Positions 45,201-52,642 of a stretch of DNA of 64,000 bases are shown piece after piece; positions within the stretch are counted from its first letter, which is position 1, and the number at the start of each line of letters is the position of its first letter. The position numbers were made by a program, and so were the translations under genes. Below the pieces are notes generated by a model that was given only the letters and a program-made list of their open reading frames with translations, ran no database searches and was not told where the DNA came from. Origin of the DNA: a virus; IMG/VR virus record IMGVR_UViG_3300036800_000031, positions 1 through 64,000 of that record; one strand, given 5' to 3'.

Positions 45201-45274
45201 TGGCTCCCCAGCCAAGGGTCGAACTTGGATACCGAGATTCAGAATCTCGTGTGCTGCCATTACACCACCGGGGA
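45201..45274 (-). tRNA. tRNA-Gln(CTG)
   Basis: loop TTCTGAA, CCA encoded. Confidence 0.9.
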
Positions 45275-45347
45275 AGGCTGCGGACTCTGCCGCGGGTCAC
45301 GCCTAGTTAGGGTCGGCGTTCACCCATGCCCGGTGATCAGTCGGGAG

Positions 45348-45419
45348 TCGGATACCGGAGAGTCGAACTCCGCTGGGCCTGGCCCCAAACCAGGTGCCTA
45401 ACCGATCGGCATGTATCCG
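45348..45419 (-). tRNA. tRNA-Pro(TGG)
   Basis: loop TTTGGGG. Confidence 0.8.
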
Positions 45420-45493
45420 GTGTCGCTGTCTCTCCAGCAGCAACGTCTGGTATCCCCAGGTCTAAGTAGGGGTTCGGGACGACGTTCTCCCGG

Positions 45494-45565
45494 TCGGACT
45501 GGAGGGGATCGAACCCTCGACTTCTCGGCCCCCAGCCGAGCGCTCTACCTCTGAGCCACAGTCCG
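45494..45565 (-). tRNA. tRNA-Pro(GGG)
   Basis: loop CTGGGGG. Confidence 0.9.
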
Positions 45566-45669
45566 GTGAAACCTGACCCGCTGCCAGTAGACAGTTGCCC
45601 CGGAGGGCTTCACATGCGTGTGCACCTCGCATGAACGACGGAATGGATTATCACCGTCCCGAGTCATTG

Positions 45670-45742
45670 TGCGCCCGGTGGGGTTTGAACCCACGACCTT
45701 GGGATTAAGAATCCCCTGCTCTCCCGGCTGAGCTACAAGCGC
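45670..45742 (-). tRNA. tRNA-Lys(CTT)
   Basis: loop TTCTTAA. Confidence 0.9.
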
Positions 45743-45743
45743 C

Positions 45744-45828
45744 TGGTGCGTGTGGAGGGAGTCGAACCCTCAGCCCCGAAGGGCACCGCTTCTGGGGCGG
45801 CTGCGTATACCAGTTCCGCCACGAACGC
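45744..45828 (-). tRNA. tRNA-Leu(CAG)
   Basis: type II, loop CCCAGAA (C33), CCA encoded. Confidence 0.8.
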
Positions 45829-45863
45829 AGGATGGGCAGTTTTCAGACTTGGCCCAGGTCGCG

Positions 45864-45936
45864 TGGAGCCTACGAGGATCGAACTCGTTACCTCCTGTTT
45901 GCAAAACAGGCGCTCTCCCGGATGAGCTAAGGCCCC
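45864..45936 (-). tRNA. tRNA-Ala(TGC)
   Basis: G3:U70, loop TTTGCAA. Confidence 0.9.
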
Positions 45937-45942
45937 AAAGCT

Positions 45943-46044
45943 AGGATGCGGGCTGCCATTACACCACCGCAGCCCCCGAGGGGGTGAAAGTTCCCTTGCG
46001 GTTGCTCTCTTACGCGACGTGGAATCGAACCACGACCTCATCCT
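45943..46044 (-). ncRNA. circularly permuted tRNA-like RNA (YrlA/Y-RNA-like)
   Basis: T arm CGTGG-TTCGATT-CCACG lies 5' of the D-arm sequence TGGTGTAATGGCAGC; ends closed by AGGATG/CATCCT. Confidence 0.65.
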
Positions 46045-46046
46045 CG

Positions 46047-46125
46047 TCCGCCGCCTCAGAATCGAACTGAGCGTGCTTGCGCGGCTGGTTTACAGCCAGC
46101 CTGGCCCCCTTGGCGCGTGCGACGG
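46047..46125 (-). tRNA. tRNA-Tyr(GTA)
   Basis: loop CTGTAAA, variable arm, C1:G72. Confidence 0.75.
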
Positions 46126-46265
46126 ATGCGGGACGGTCGGTACCCGGGCAACTGCCCGGCCCGTCCCATTTGGACTATTCAGCGTGACGGGTTTTGTTCG
46201 GTACCGTCACTATCGCCTGCTACCTCCCTCACTCGCCATGACGGACGAGGTACTGAGGTTTGAAG

Positions 46266-46297
46266 CATGGGTGGAGGGAGTCGAACCCCCCTTCACC
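46266..46297 (-). pseudogene. orphan 3' remnant of the resident tRNA-Trp
   Basis: T arm plus CACCCAT-G, exactly complementary to ATGGGTG at 46756-46762. Confidence 0.8.
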
Positions 46298-46300
46298 TCG

Positions 46301-46371
46301 CATGGGCGTCAGGAATCGAACCTGATCGGCGAGAGTTTTGGAGACTCTCCGGCTACCTCAGCCTCGCCCAT
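46301..46371 (-). tRNA. tRNA-Trp(CCA), replacement copy overlapping the HNH gene
   Basis: ATGGGCG/CGCCCAT-G acceptor, loop CTCCAAA. Confidence 0.8.
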
Positions 46372-46707
46372 ATGCGCTCGGAAGTAGGTGCGATCCCCGT
46401 GGCACAGGGCACACACCACTTCACACTTGGCTATCTCGGCCAGCAGCCGGGCAACCGAAGCCGGAGAATGAGCCATCCGGTTGATACATCGGTCTTTCTC
46501 CTCGTCCCCGAGGTGGTCGAAGTGCATGTTCCAGAACCCGTACTGGATTCCACAATCTGCACAGGGCCGGTTTTTGTGCTCTCGGACTATCGACCGATTG
46601 CGCTCCCGGTACTCGACTACTCGCTGCCGATACTGAGCCTTGTTGTTTCGATAATGCTTCCTCTTGCTCTCCTTCAGTCGTGGATCTTCTAGGTCGAGAT
46701 AGGCCAT
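46309..46707 (-). CDS. HNH homing endonuclease
   Basis: PCADCG...MHFDHL...EIAKCEVVCALCHGDRT. Confidence 0.85.
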   Translation of the reverse strand: MAYLDLEDPRLKESKRKHYRNNKAQYRQRVVEYRERNRSIVREHKNRPCADCGIQYGFWNMHFDHLGDEEKDRCINRMAHSPASVARLLAEIAKCEVVCALCHGDRTYFRAHMGEAEVAGESPKLSPIRFDS

Positions 46708-46726
46708 GCCCTCAGCGTAGGTCCAG

Positions 46727-46762
46727 TGGAAGCCGCTGCTCTGCCCACTGAGCTACACCCAT
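46727..46762 (-). pseudogene. orphan 5' half of the resident tRNA-Trp, ending at the anticodon
   Basis: ATGGGTG-TAGCTCAGTGGGCAGAGC-A-GCGGC-TTCCA, then unrelated sequence. Confidence 0.85.
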
Positions 46763-46763
46763 A

Positions 46764-46793
46764 AGAAAAGGCCACCCCTATTGGGATGGCCTC
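46764..46793 (-). terminator. intrinsic terminator-like hairpin at the head of the tRNA array
   Basis: AGGCCATCCC-AATA-GGGGTGGCCT followed by TTTCTT. Confidence 0.6.
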
Positions 46794-46955
46794 TGGATTC
46801 TCCGCTTCTACTTCAGATGCGGTTACGAGAGGCTCACCCCTGGCTTGGCTTCGGTGGATGTATTCCACTGATAGCCGGGCACGAGGATCGACAGGCACGG
46901 CAACGCCGTCCCTCGATCTTCATAGCTCGGAAACAGTTGGAACCTCATGACGTTC

Positions 46956-46983
46956 ATAGTACCCCGATTTCGAGGGGGGTCAA
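46956..46983 (-). promoter_or_regulatory. sigma70/SigA-like promoter for the tRNA array
   Basis: TTGACC-N16-TACTAT. Confidence 0.55.
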
Positions 46984-47621
46984 GTACCCTGTGCTGCCCG
47001 GCGGCTTGGAAGGCCCATCGTGTTGCCGATCTGCCCGCCGTTCATCCAGTGGTGCCAGGTCCAGGTGCGCTCCGGAAGGTGAGCGATTTTGTACCCGGAG
47101 CGGGCGAGCTTGATGGCGAAGTGGAACTCCTCCCCAGCCCGATTTCCGTCCTCATCCTGACCCGGATCGAGAGGGTCGGTCCCGTCTTCCCAAAGGAACC
47201 CGTTGACCGCCAATGCCGCTTCGGTACGCACGAGGACGGTCACGGTGGTCTGGTGGGGATCGGCCAGATCGAACTCCCGTCCGAAGTTGTCAGGGAAGGG
47301 GTCCGAGCCGCCCATGACGTAGAACCAAGGGAACACCATGTCCGCCCCGGTCTCAATCTGCTTCTCCATCAGCCGTTGGAGGTGGTGCTCCCCGAACTCG
47401 TCGTCGTCATCCAGAAAGGCAACCCACTCGGTGTCCACCATTTCCAAGCCACGGGTGCGGGTGATGGCCGCTCCTACTCCGAAAACGTCGCTGGCGACGA
47501 TCAGCGTATGGGGGAGAACGGTGCCCTTCTGGACGGAAGTAACCGCCCGGCCTAGAAGCTGTGCCCGCTCGGGGATGGTGGTGACGACGACGGTGATCCC
47601 CGGCCTTAGCTGGCTCGACAC
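46980..47621 (-). CDS. glycosyltransferase family 2
   Basis: ITVVVTTIPER...AITRTRGL...WVAFLDDDDEF. Confidence 0.85.
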   Translation of the reverse strand: MSSQLRPGITVVVTTIPERAQLLGRAVTSVQKGTVLPHTLIVASDVFGVGAAITRTRGLEMVDTEWVAFLDDDDEFGEHHLQRLMEKQIETGADMVFPWFYVMGGSDPFPDNFGREFDLADPHQTTVTVLVRTEAALAVNGFLWEDGTDPLDPGQDEDGNRAGEEFHFAIKLARSGYKIAHLPERTWTWHHWMNGGQIGNTMGLPSRRAAQGT

Positions 47622-48247
47622 AGTGATCCCTCCTTGGTCCGTTGGAAATGACGACGGTGCCGCTCGTCAGTTGGGAAAGACCTTCCGCAGGCATCACAAT
47701 AAAACTCCCCCCTGGCTCTATCAGAGCGTTTTCGGGCTGCGTACTTTCGGCTGCTGACATTCCTGCACGTTCTACATGTTCGGTTTCCGTTCGCCCGGAT
47801 AATCGTGTTGCTAAGGGTGAACCTATGACCCCGATTACAACAATCGAGAGCCTTGCGCCTTACTGCTATAGGCGAATGGGGAGCAGGGATAGGGCCTAGC
47901 TCCATGTGTCCAGGGTTCACACAGTGACGCAACCCGCACAAGTGAAGGGGCATTTGTTCGTCGGGTATTGGGCCAACTAAAAGTTGGTAGGCATACTTGT
48001 CAGCCCTGACTGTCTTTGTCGGCCTCCCCTGTCCGGCTCCGAAGATCCCATATCCTGTCCCTGGGTGTACAGCTGCCATCCAGACCCAACAACCGCCTTC
48101 CAGCTGTATATCGACTTTCTCCCAAAACCGTTCCACCGCATCCCTTCGTCGGATCAGATTCCAACACTGGGGGTTACAAAATCTTTGACCACGACGACCC
48201 TGGAACTCATCCCCGCACTGTTCACAGATCAGACTTCGGTCAGTCAT
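47606..48247 (-). CDS. HNH endonuclease with zinc fingers
   Basis: RFWEKVD...CWVW...GYG...GPIP...LHLCG...CVNPGH. Confidence 0.8.
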   Translation of the reverse strand: MTDRSLICEQCGDEFQGRRGQRFCNPQCWNLIRRRDAVERFWEKVDIQLEGGCWVWMAAVHPGTGYGIFGAGQGRPTKTVRADKYAYQLLVGPIPDEQMPLHLCGLRHCVNPGHMELGPIPAPHSPIAVRRKALDCCNRGHRFTLSNTIIRANGNRTCRTCRNVSSRKYAARKRSDRARGEFYCDACGRSFPTDERHRRHFQRTKEGSLCRAS

Positions 48248-48426
48248 CGTCCGGCGATCTTCTCGGTGAGCTTGTTGCCCGGCTCACAGTCGCGCCCGTC
48301 GTAGTAGTGGGTCATCCCATCGCCAGGCTGGCAGGCGGAGTCGCCCTTCTGCGGACCGTCCAGTTGGTCTGGAACGAACTGCTCGGTTATGCCGCATTGG
48401 CACTTTCTCGGTTTGGCATACCTCAC
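48244..48426 (-). CDS. small hypothetical protein
   Basis: coupled ORF. Confidence 0.45.
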   Translation of the reverse strand: MRYAKPRKCQCGITEQFVPDQLDGPQKGDSACQPGDGMTHYYDGRDCEPGNKLTEKIAGR

Positions 48427-48800
48427 TTACCCAGTTCCTTCCACGCCTCCAGCGCACCGTCAGCGGCTCGGTCAATCCACTCGTCGTAGTTGACGATTTC
48501 ACATTCCGGGTTGGTGCAATGAGCCAGGTGCTCCGAGGTGATGAAGCACAACGGGCATCGGTCACTCCCGTCTTCGTTCTGGAACATCACCGACATCCCG
48601 ACCGGGCTTTTCATCACGTTTCCGATGATCGCCCAGTGAGCCGACATCAGCGGATCGAAGTTGTCGACGTTAGAGCCGTCTTGGGCCTCCGAGACTAGGT
48701 TCTTCACCGCTTGTTCCCCTCCCTCTGCTACCAGAGAGGAAAGTCCACGAGCGTCAATCGCCGCCCGCAATGCTGACCAGTGGTCGGTGCAGAACTTCAT
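48423..48800 (-). CDS. hypothetical protein
   Basis: MKFCTDHW..LRAAI..RGL...FDPLM...CPLC; coupled to neighbours. Confidence 0.65.
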   Translation of the reverse strand: MKFCTDHWSALRAAIDARGLSSLVAEGGEQAVKNLVSEAQDGSNVDNFDPLMSAHWAIIGNVMKSPVGMSVMFQNEDGSDRCPLCFITSEHLAHCTNPECEIVNYDEWIDRAADGALEAWKELGK

Positions 48801-49684
48801 GCTTTCATCGCCCTTCGGATGCCTTCCTCCAGGGTGACCTTCGGCTGGTAGTAGCGGAACATGAGGTCCGGGTTGGCGCAGCGGTAGAAGGCCCCGGTGG
48901 GCTTCTCAGATCGGGTCTGCATCTTCGGCTTGTATCCGAAGGCGGTGGTGACCATCTCGGCCAAGGTGAGGAGGGAAGTCGGGACGCCCGTCCCCAAGTT
49001 GACCGGGCCTTGGAAGTTGGCCTCCAACATGGCCATCACCGCAGCCACGATGTCGTCAATGTGGATGAAGTCCCGCACTTGGTCCCCGGTTCCCCATACC
49101 GGAAAGGGGTCGGTCTTCTTCATCGCCCGGTCCAGGAAGGCGGTGAAGGGGTAGTCCACGCTTTGGTCGGTGCCGTAGCCGCTGAACGGCCGGAGGACCA
49201 AGATGTCGAGACCTTGGCGCTTCGCCTCACGGGCTTGGACTTCCCCGGTGAGCTTGGTCAAGCCATACATAGCGTCGGGGCAGGCGAGATTGTCCAGGTC
49301 GATTGAGTCCTCCCCGAGCCGCCGGGCCGCTGGGTACCGCTGAATGCTGATCGGGTAGGCGGCGGAGGAGGAGAAGTAGACGATCTTGGTCGGGGGGTTG
49401 CGCAGCGCCCACTGGAAGAACATCGAGTCGATGGCAAAGTCCTGAGCGACCGGCATGTCGTTGTGCTTCCGCTGGTCGATAGGGGGGATGGTGGCGGCGC
49501 AGTGAATGGCGAGGTCGAACTTCACCTCCACCGTCTGGAAGAACTTGATCGCGTCGATGGGTAGCGGCCCCCGGATGTCGAAACCGTAAGCGTCCCACCC
49601 GGTTTTTTCTAGGTAGGACTGGAAATGCCGCCCGACGAATCCGAGGTTCCCGGTGATCAGCGCCGTCTTCCGCTTCCGCCTCAC
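48797..49684 (-). CDS. NAD-dependent nucleotide-sugar epimerase/dehydratase
   Basis: TGNLGFVG, SSSAAY, YGLTK and GTGDQVRDFIHIDD motifs. Confidence 0.9.
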   Translation of the reverse strand: MRRKRKTALITGNLGFVGRHFQSYLEKTGWDAYGFDIRGPLPIDAIKFFQTVEVKFDLAIHCAATIPPIDQRKHNDMPVAQDFAIDSMFFQWALRNPPTKIVYFSSSAAYPISIQRYPAARRLGEDSIDLDNLACPDAMYGLTKLTGEVQAREAKRQGLDILVLRPFSGYGTDQSVDYPFTAFLDRAMKKTDPFPVWGTGDQVRDFIHIDDIVAAVMAMLEANFQGPVNLGTGVPTSLLTLAEMVTTAFGYKPKMQTRSEKPTGAFYRCANPDLMFRYYQPKVTLEEGIRRAMKA

Positions 49685-50286
49685 GGTTGGACTCCGACGA
49701 TGACCTGGAAGCCGTAACCGTCCGGGTCACTGAGGGCGTGGTGGATCACCTGGAATCCGCCTTGTTCGATCAGCGCCCGGTAGCCGTCCAAATCCCAGGC
49801 CCAAGCGTGGCAGGCGTCGTGGCTCTCGTAAGTCTCAAAGGCCGGGCTGCTGGCGACGATGAACCGGGAGTGGCGACTGATCCGGCGCACGGCGGCGTGC
49901 GGGTCGGGCAGGTGCTCCAGGCACTCGGTGATAATGGTGAGCACGCCCCACTGAATCTCCTCGTGCTCGAAGTCCCGGTGGTGGACGGTGACCCCCCTCG
50001 TATTTTGAGCGTAAGCCACGTTGGCCGGGCTGAGGTCGTAACCCCACCTTTCGACATCCAAGCCGCTTAGAAGGGACAGCAGGCCCCCGTCACCGGCCCC
50101 TAGATCACTAATGGTGGTGATGTCGGGGTAGTGGGCTACCAGGGAGTGAACTTCGACCGCGACGTCCTTCAAGCGGGTGACGTGCGCCCCTTGCTCCAGA
50201 TGAGGAGCGTGCTCACGGGTGTCATACCAAGAGGGGATGAAGAAGTCCGGCGGGTCGGCCGGGTCGTACAGCTGGTGCTCGGTCAT
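49681..50286 (-). CDS. class I SAM-dependent methyltransferase
   Basis: DLGAGDG, GYDLS and ECLEHLPDP motifs. Confidence 0.85.
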   Translation of the reverse strand: MTEHQLYDPADPPDFFIPSWYDTREHAPHLEQGAHVTRLKDVAVEVHSLVAHYPDITTISDLGAGDGGLLSLLSGLDVERWGYDLSPANVAYAQNTRGVTVHHRDFEHEEIQWGVLTIITECLEHLPDPHAAVRRISRHSRFIVASSPAFETYESHDACHAWAWDLDGYRALIEQGGFQVIHHALSDPDGYGFQVIVGVQP

Positions 50287-50516
50287 GGTCCTGCGATCAG
50301 ATCGGCGGAGACCATGAGTTCGTTCCCGCTCATGGGGTCGATCCGGTACTTCCAGGTGCCGTTGTCGGCGACGATGGTAATGACCCCGTTGACGACGCTG
50401 ACCCCGCTCAGGGCGTCGTGGCTCATCAGCCCGATCAACTCCCGGCTGAAAAGCTCCCGCGGCCCGGCGTCGTGGACGAGGGTGGCCCCGGTGGGGTCCC
50501 GCTCAATGGTGATCAC
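50283..50516 (-). CDS. small hypothetical protein
   Basis: GTGA-coupled ORF. Confidence 0.5.
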   Translation of the reverse strand: MITIERDPTGATLVHDAGPRELFSRELIGLMSHDALSGVSVVNGVITIVADNGTWKYRIDPMSGNELMVSADLIAGP

Positions 50517-51205
50517 GACAGTTCTCGCAGCTTCTGGACGTCGAGCACCATCTGGCCGAGTTGGTACCGGTTCCAGGCTTCCAGGTCGTGGCTGTACATC
50601 TCGGGGCTGTTGACTTCTTCGTAGCGAGAATCCCAATCGCTCTTGCCGTTGGCGTGGGGGTGGAGGTGTTCGATCACCACTTCGGGGAGGTAGCGGAGCC
50701 GTTGGGTTTGCTCTCCCCAGGACTTCCAGGCGTTGTCGAGGTAGAGGTGAGTCTGCTCCGGCGGGCACATATAGCCGAGGGTCTGGATGATCCGGCTGTC
50801 CATGAACACTGCCGTCGGCAGGTTGATCCCTTGGAAAAGGTCGTTCCCGTAGACGATGCCCGGTCCCTGAATCGACTCCAGCGCATCGCAGATCAGCCGG
50901 TCCCAACCTTCGGTACGGGGAAGGTGGTCATCCCCCATGAAACCGACGTAGGGGAAGCCGCTGGCCCAAACCAGGGCCTCTCGGTTGAGAGTAGGGCCGA
51001 GCCGGATGCGGGGGCCACAGCTGAGACCGACGAACCCGCCGCTCCCCATAATGGCGTCGATGTCATCCTCCAGGAAGGAGTCGTCGTCGTTGTCGAGAAC
51101 GATCTCCAAACTGGCGGTGGCTCCGGTGGTTCCCCAAGAATCGCAAAGTCTCTTGACGTTCTCCGGGCGTCCACGGGAGGGGACGATGACGCAGAGGTCG
51201 TTCAC
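50513..51205 (-). CDS. GT-A fold glycosyltransferase
   Basis: VIVPSRGRP...FMGDDH...HLYLD...IEHLHP. Confidence 0.8.
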   Translation of the reverse strand: MNDLCVIVPSRGRPENVKRLCDSWGTTGATASLEIVLDNDDDSFLEDDIDAIMGSGGFVGLSCGPRIRLGPTLNREALVWASGFPYVGFMGDDHLPRTEGWDRLICDALESIQGPGIVYGNDLFQGINLPTAVFMDSRIIQTLGYMCPPEQTHLYLDNAWKSWGEQTQRLRYLPEVVIEHLHPHANGKSDWDSRYEEVNSPEMYSHDLEAWNRYQLGQMVLDVQKLRELS

Positions 51206-51453
51206 TGGTCCCTCACGATGCGGGGGTCGCCGTCGGGTTTGAAGATTTCCGGCCCTTGTTCCCCCACGATGTAGAGCTTGTCCTTCACTACTCCGCCAGT
51301 AGCAAGCTCACTGAACCCTTGGAACTCCAAAGCGGTCTTGTGCGCCGGGCAGAGCCAGACCGGCACCGTGAAGGTCCGACTCACCACCACGGTTCCACCT
51401 TCCCCACATCCGTCCACGGCGCAGGGGTTGAGGGGGTTATCTTCGTCCATCAC
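51202..51453 (-). CDS. small zinc-finger protein carrying a tape-measure-type motif
   Basis: CAVDGC...CPAH plus ATGGVV...YIVGEQGPEIFKP. Confidence 0.55.
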   Translation of the reverse strand: MMDEDNPLNPCAVDGCGEGGTVVVSRTFTVPVWLCPAHKTALEFQGFSELATGGVVKDKLYIVGEQGPEIFKPDGDPRIVRDQ

Positions 51454-51478
51454 GGCTCTCTGTCTAGTTGATATGCGG

Positions 51479-51556
51479 TAGCGGGGGTGGGATTCGAACC
51501 CACGACCTCCGACCCGAAAGTGAGTCGGCGAGCTAACCGGGCTGCTCTACCCCGCG
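51479..51556 (-). tRNA. initiator-tRNA-like RNA with an aberrant anticodon arm
   Basis: CGCGGGG-TAGAGCAGCCCGGTTAGCTCG fMet-type body, C1xU72; CCGAC-TCACTTTCGG-GTCGG arm. Confidence 0.65.
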
Positions 51557-52635
51557 CTGGAAGCCATTACGTGGAGCGAAGTTTGACGCCGGGTACCGGT
51601 CCACGCCTCCCACCATTCGTCGGCGTGGCGCTCGTAGGTCAACCCGGCCATGACTTCTCGACCGCGCCCGGCCACGTCCGCCCGGAAGTCAGGATTCAGG
51701 GCCAGCGCCCGGAGCCACTTCTTCCACCGTTGAGGGTTGGACGCTTCCAGACCGACCCCGAGGGCATGGAGCCGGTGGTTGTCCCAAGTGGGCGAGGCAA
51801 CGACCGGAACCCCGACAGCGGCCATCTCCCCCATTTTCAGGGCGCTCTTGGCAGCGTTGAAGGCGGTAGCCGCAAGGGGAACGACCCCGACTTCCATCTT
51901 CGCCAGTTCGGCCGGGTACTGGTCAAAAGGCACCCACCCCCGGCTCGTAGAAGGCTCCTCAGCCAGCCCCAGGGCCTCCCTAACGCCTTCGCCGGTCCCC
52001 ACGGTATGGAAGCCCCACCCGGTAGCTCGCATGACGTCAGCGACCGTCCCGCCGGTTACTTGCAAATCGACCGGGTGGGTAGCGACGCTTCCAGCCCAAC
52101 CGAATGTCTCCGGCCGGTCCCCGGTCACCTGGAGGTAGCTCTCGGGGACGTAGTTAGGCAGGAGTACCCCGTGACCGAACCCGTAGCGTTTGAGGAGGGC
52201 GGGGGTTGTGCAGGTCACAACGTCTGAAATCATGCAGGCTTCGTTGATCCAATGGTGGCTACTGAGCGAGTCCCGGCCCGTGGCGTAGGCAGCTTTGGCG
52301 ATGTTCCCGTCGTCAATCTGATCGAAGCGGTCATCCACGTCACAGACCACCTTGATCCCCCGTGCTTGGAGATGAGGGATCAAGTCACTCCACCACCGCC
52401 GACTCGGCCGTTGGACAACCACGACGTCGGCGTTCGGCCTCCGGGCCAACCCCATCACGTTCACCCAGGGAGGAGGTTCTCCCCCGGACCACTTCTGGTC
52501 CCACTGAACGGTCGGGCCTATCCGGTCGATCACGACCTCAGCGCCTTGGGCGGCGAGGATGCGGGCCGGGAGTAGGAGTCGGTATTGGCTGGTGGCGTCG
52601 TTGTCGTCGCCAGCAGGCCAGACAAGAACCCTCAC
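51547..52635 (-). CDS. GT-B fold (GT4-like) glycosyltransferase
   Basis: YRL..P, VVVQRP, DVDD, GWAGS..H..DL and FN.AKSALKMGE..A.GVPVVASP motifs. Confidence 0.85.
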   Translation of the reverse strand: MRVLVWPAGDDNDATSQYRLLLPARILAAQGAEVVIDRIGPTVQWDQKWSGGEPPPWVNVMGLARRPNADVVVVQRPSRRWWSDLIPHLQARGIKVVCDVDDRFDQIDDGNIAKAAYATGRDSLSSHHWINEACMISDVVTCTTPALLKRYGFGHGVLLPNYVPESYLQVTGDRPETFGWAGSVATHPVDLQVTGGTVADVMRATGWGFHTVGTGEGVREALGLAEEPSTSRGWVPFDQYPAELAKMEVGVVPLAATAFNAAKSALKMGEMAAVGVPVVASPTWDNHRLHALGVGLEASNPQRWKKWLRALALNPDFRADVAGRGREVMAGLTYERHADEWWEAWTGTRRQTSLHVMASSAG

Positions 52636-52642
52636 CGGGTCA

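Noticed and set aside
40700-46400. ORF-track ORFs spanning tRNA genes (e.g. 44673-45260, 42609-42953)
   Set aside because: They overlap well-formed tRNA cloverleaves and have no protein features.
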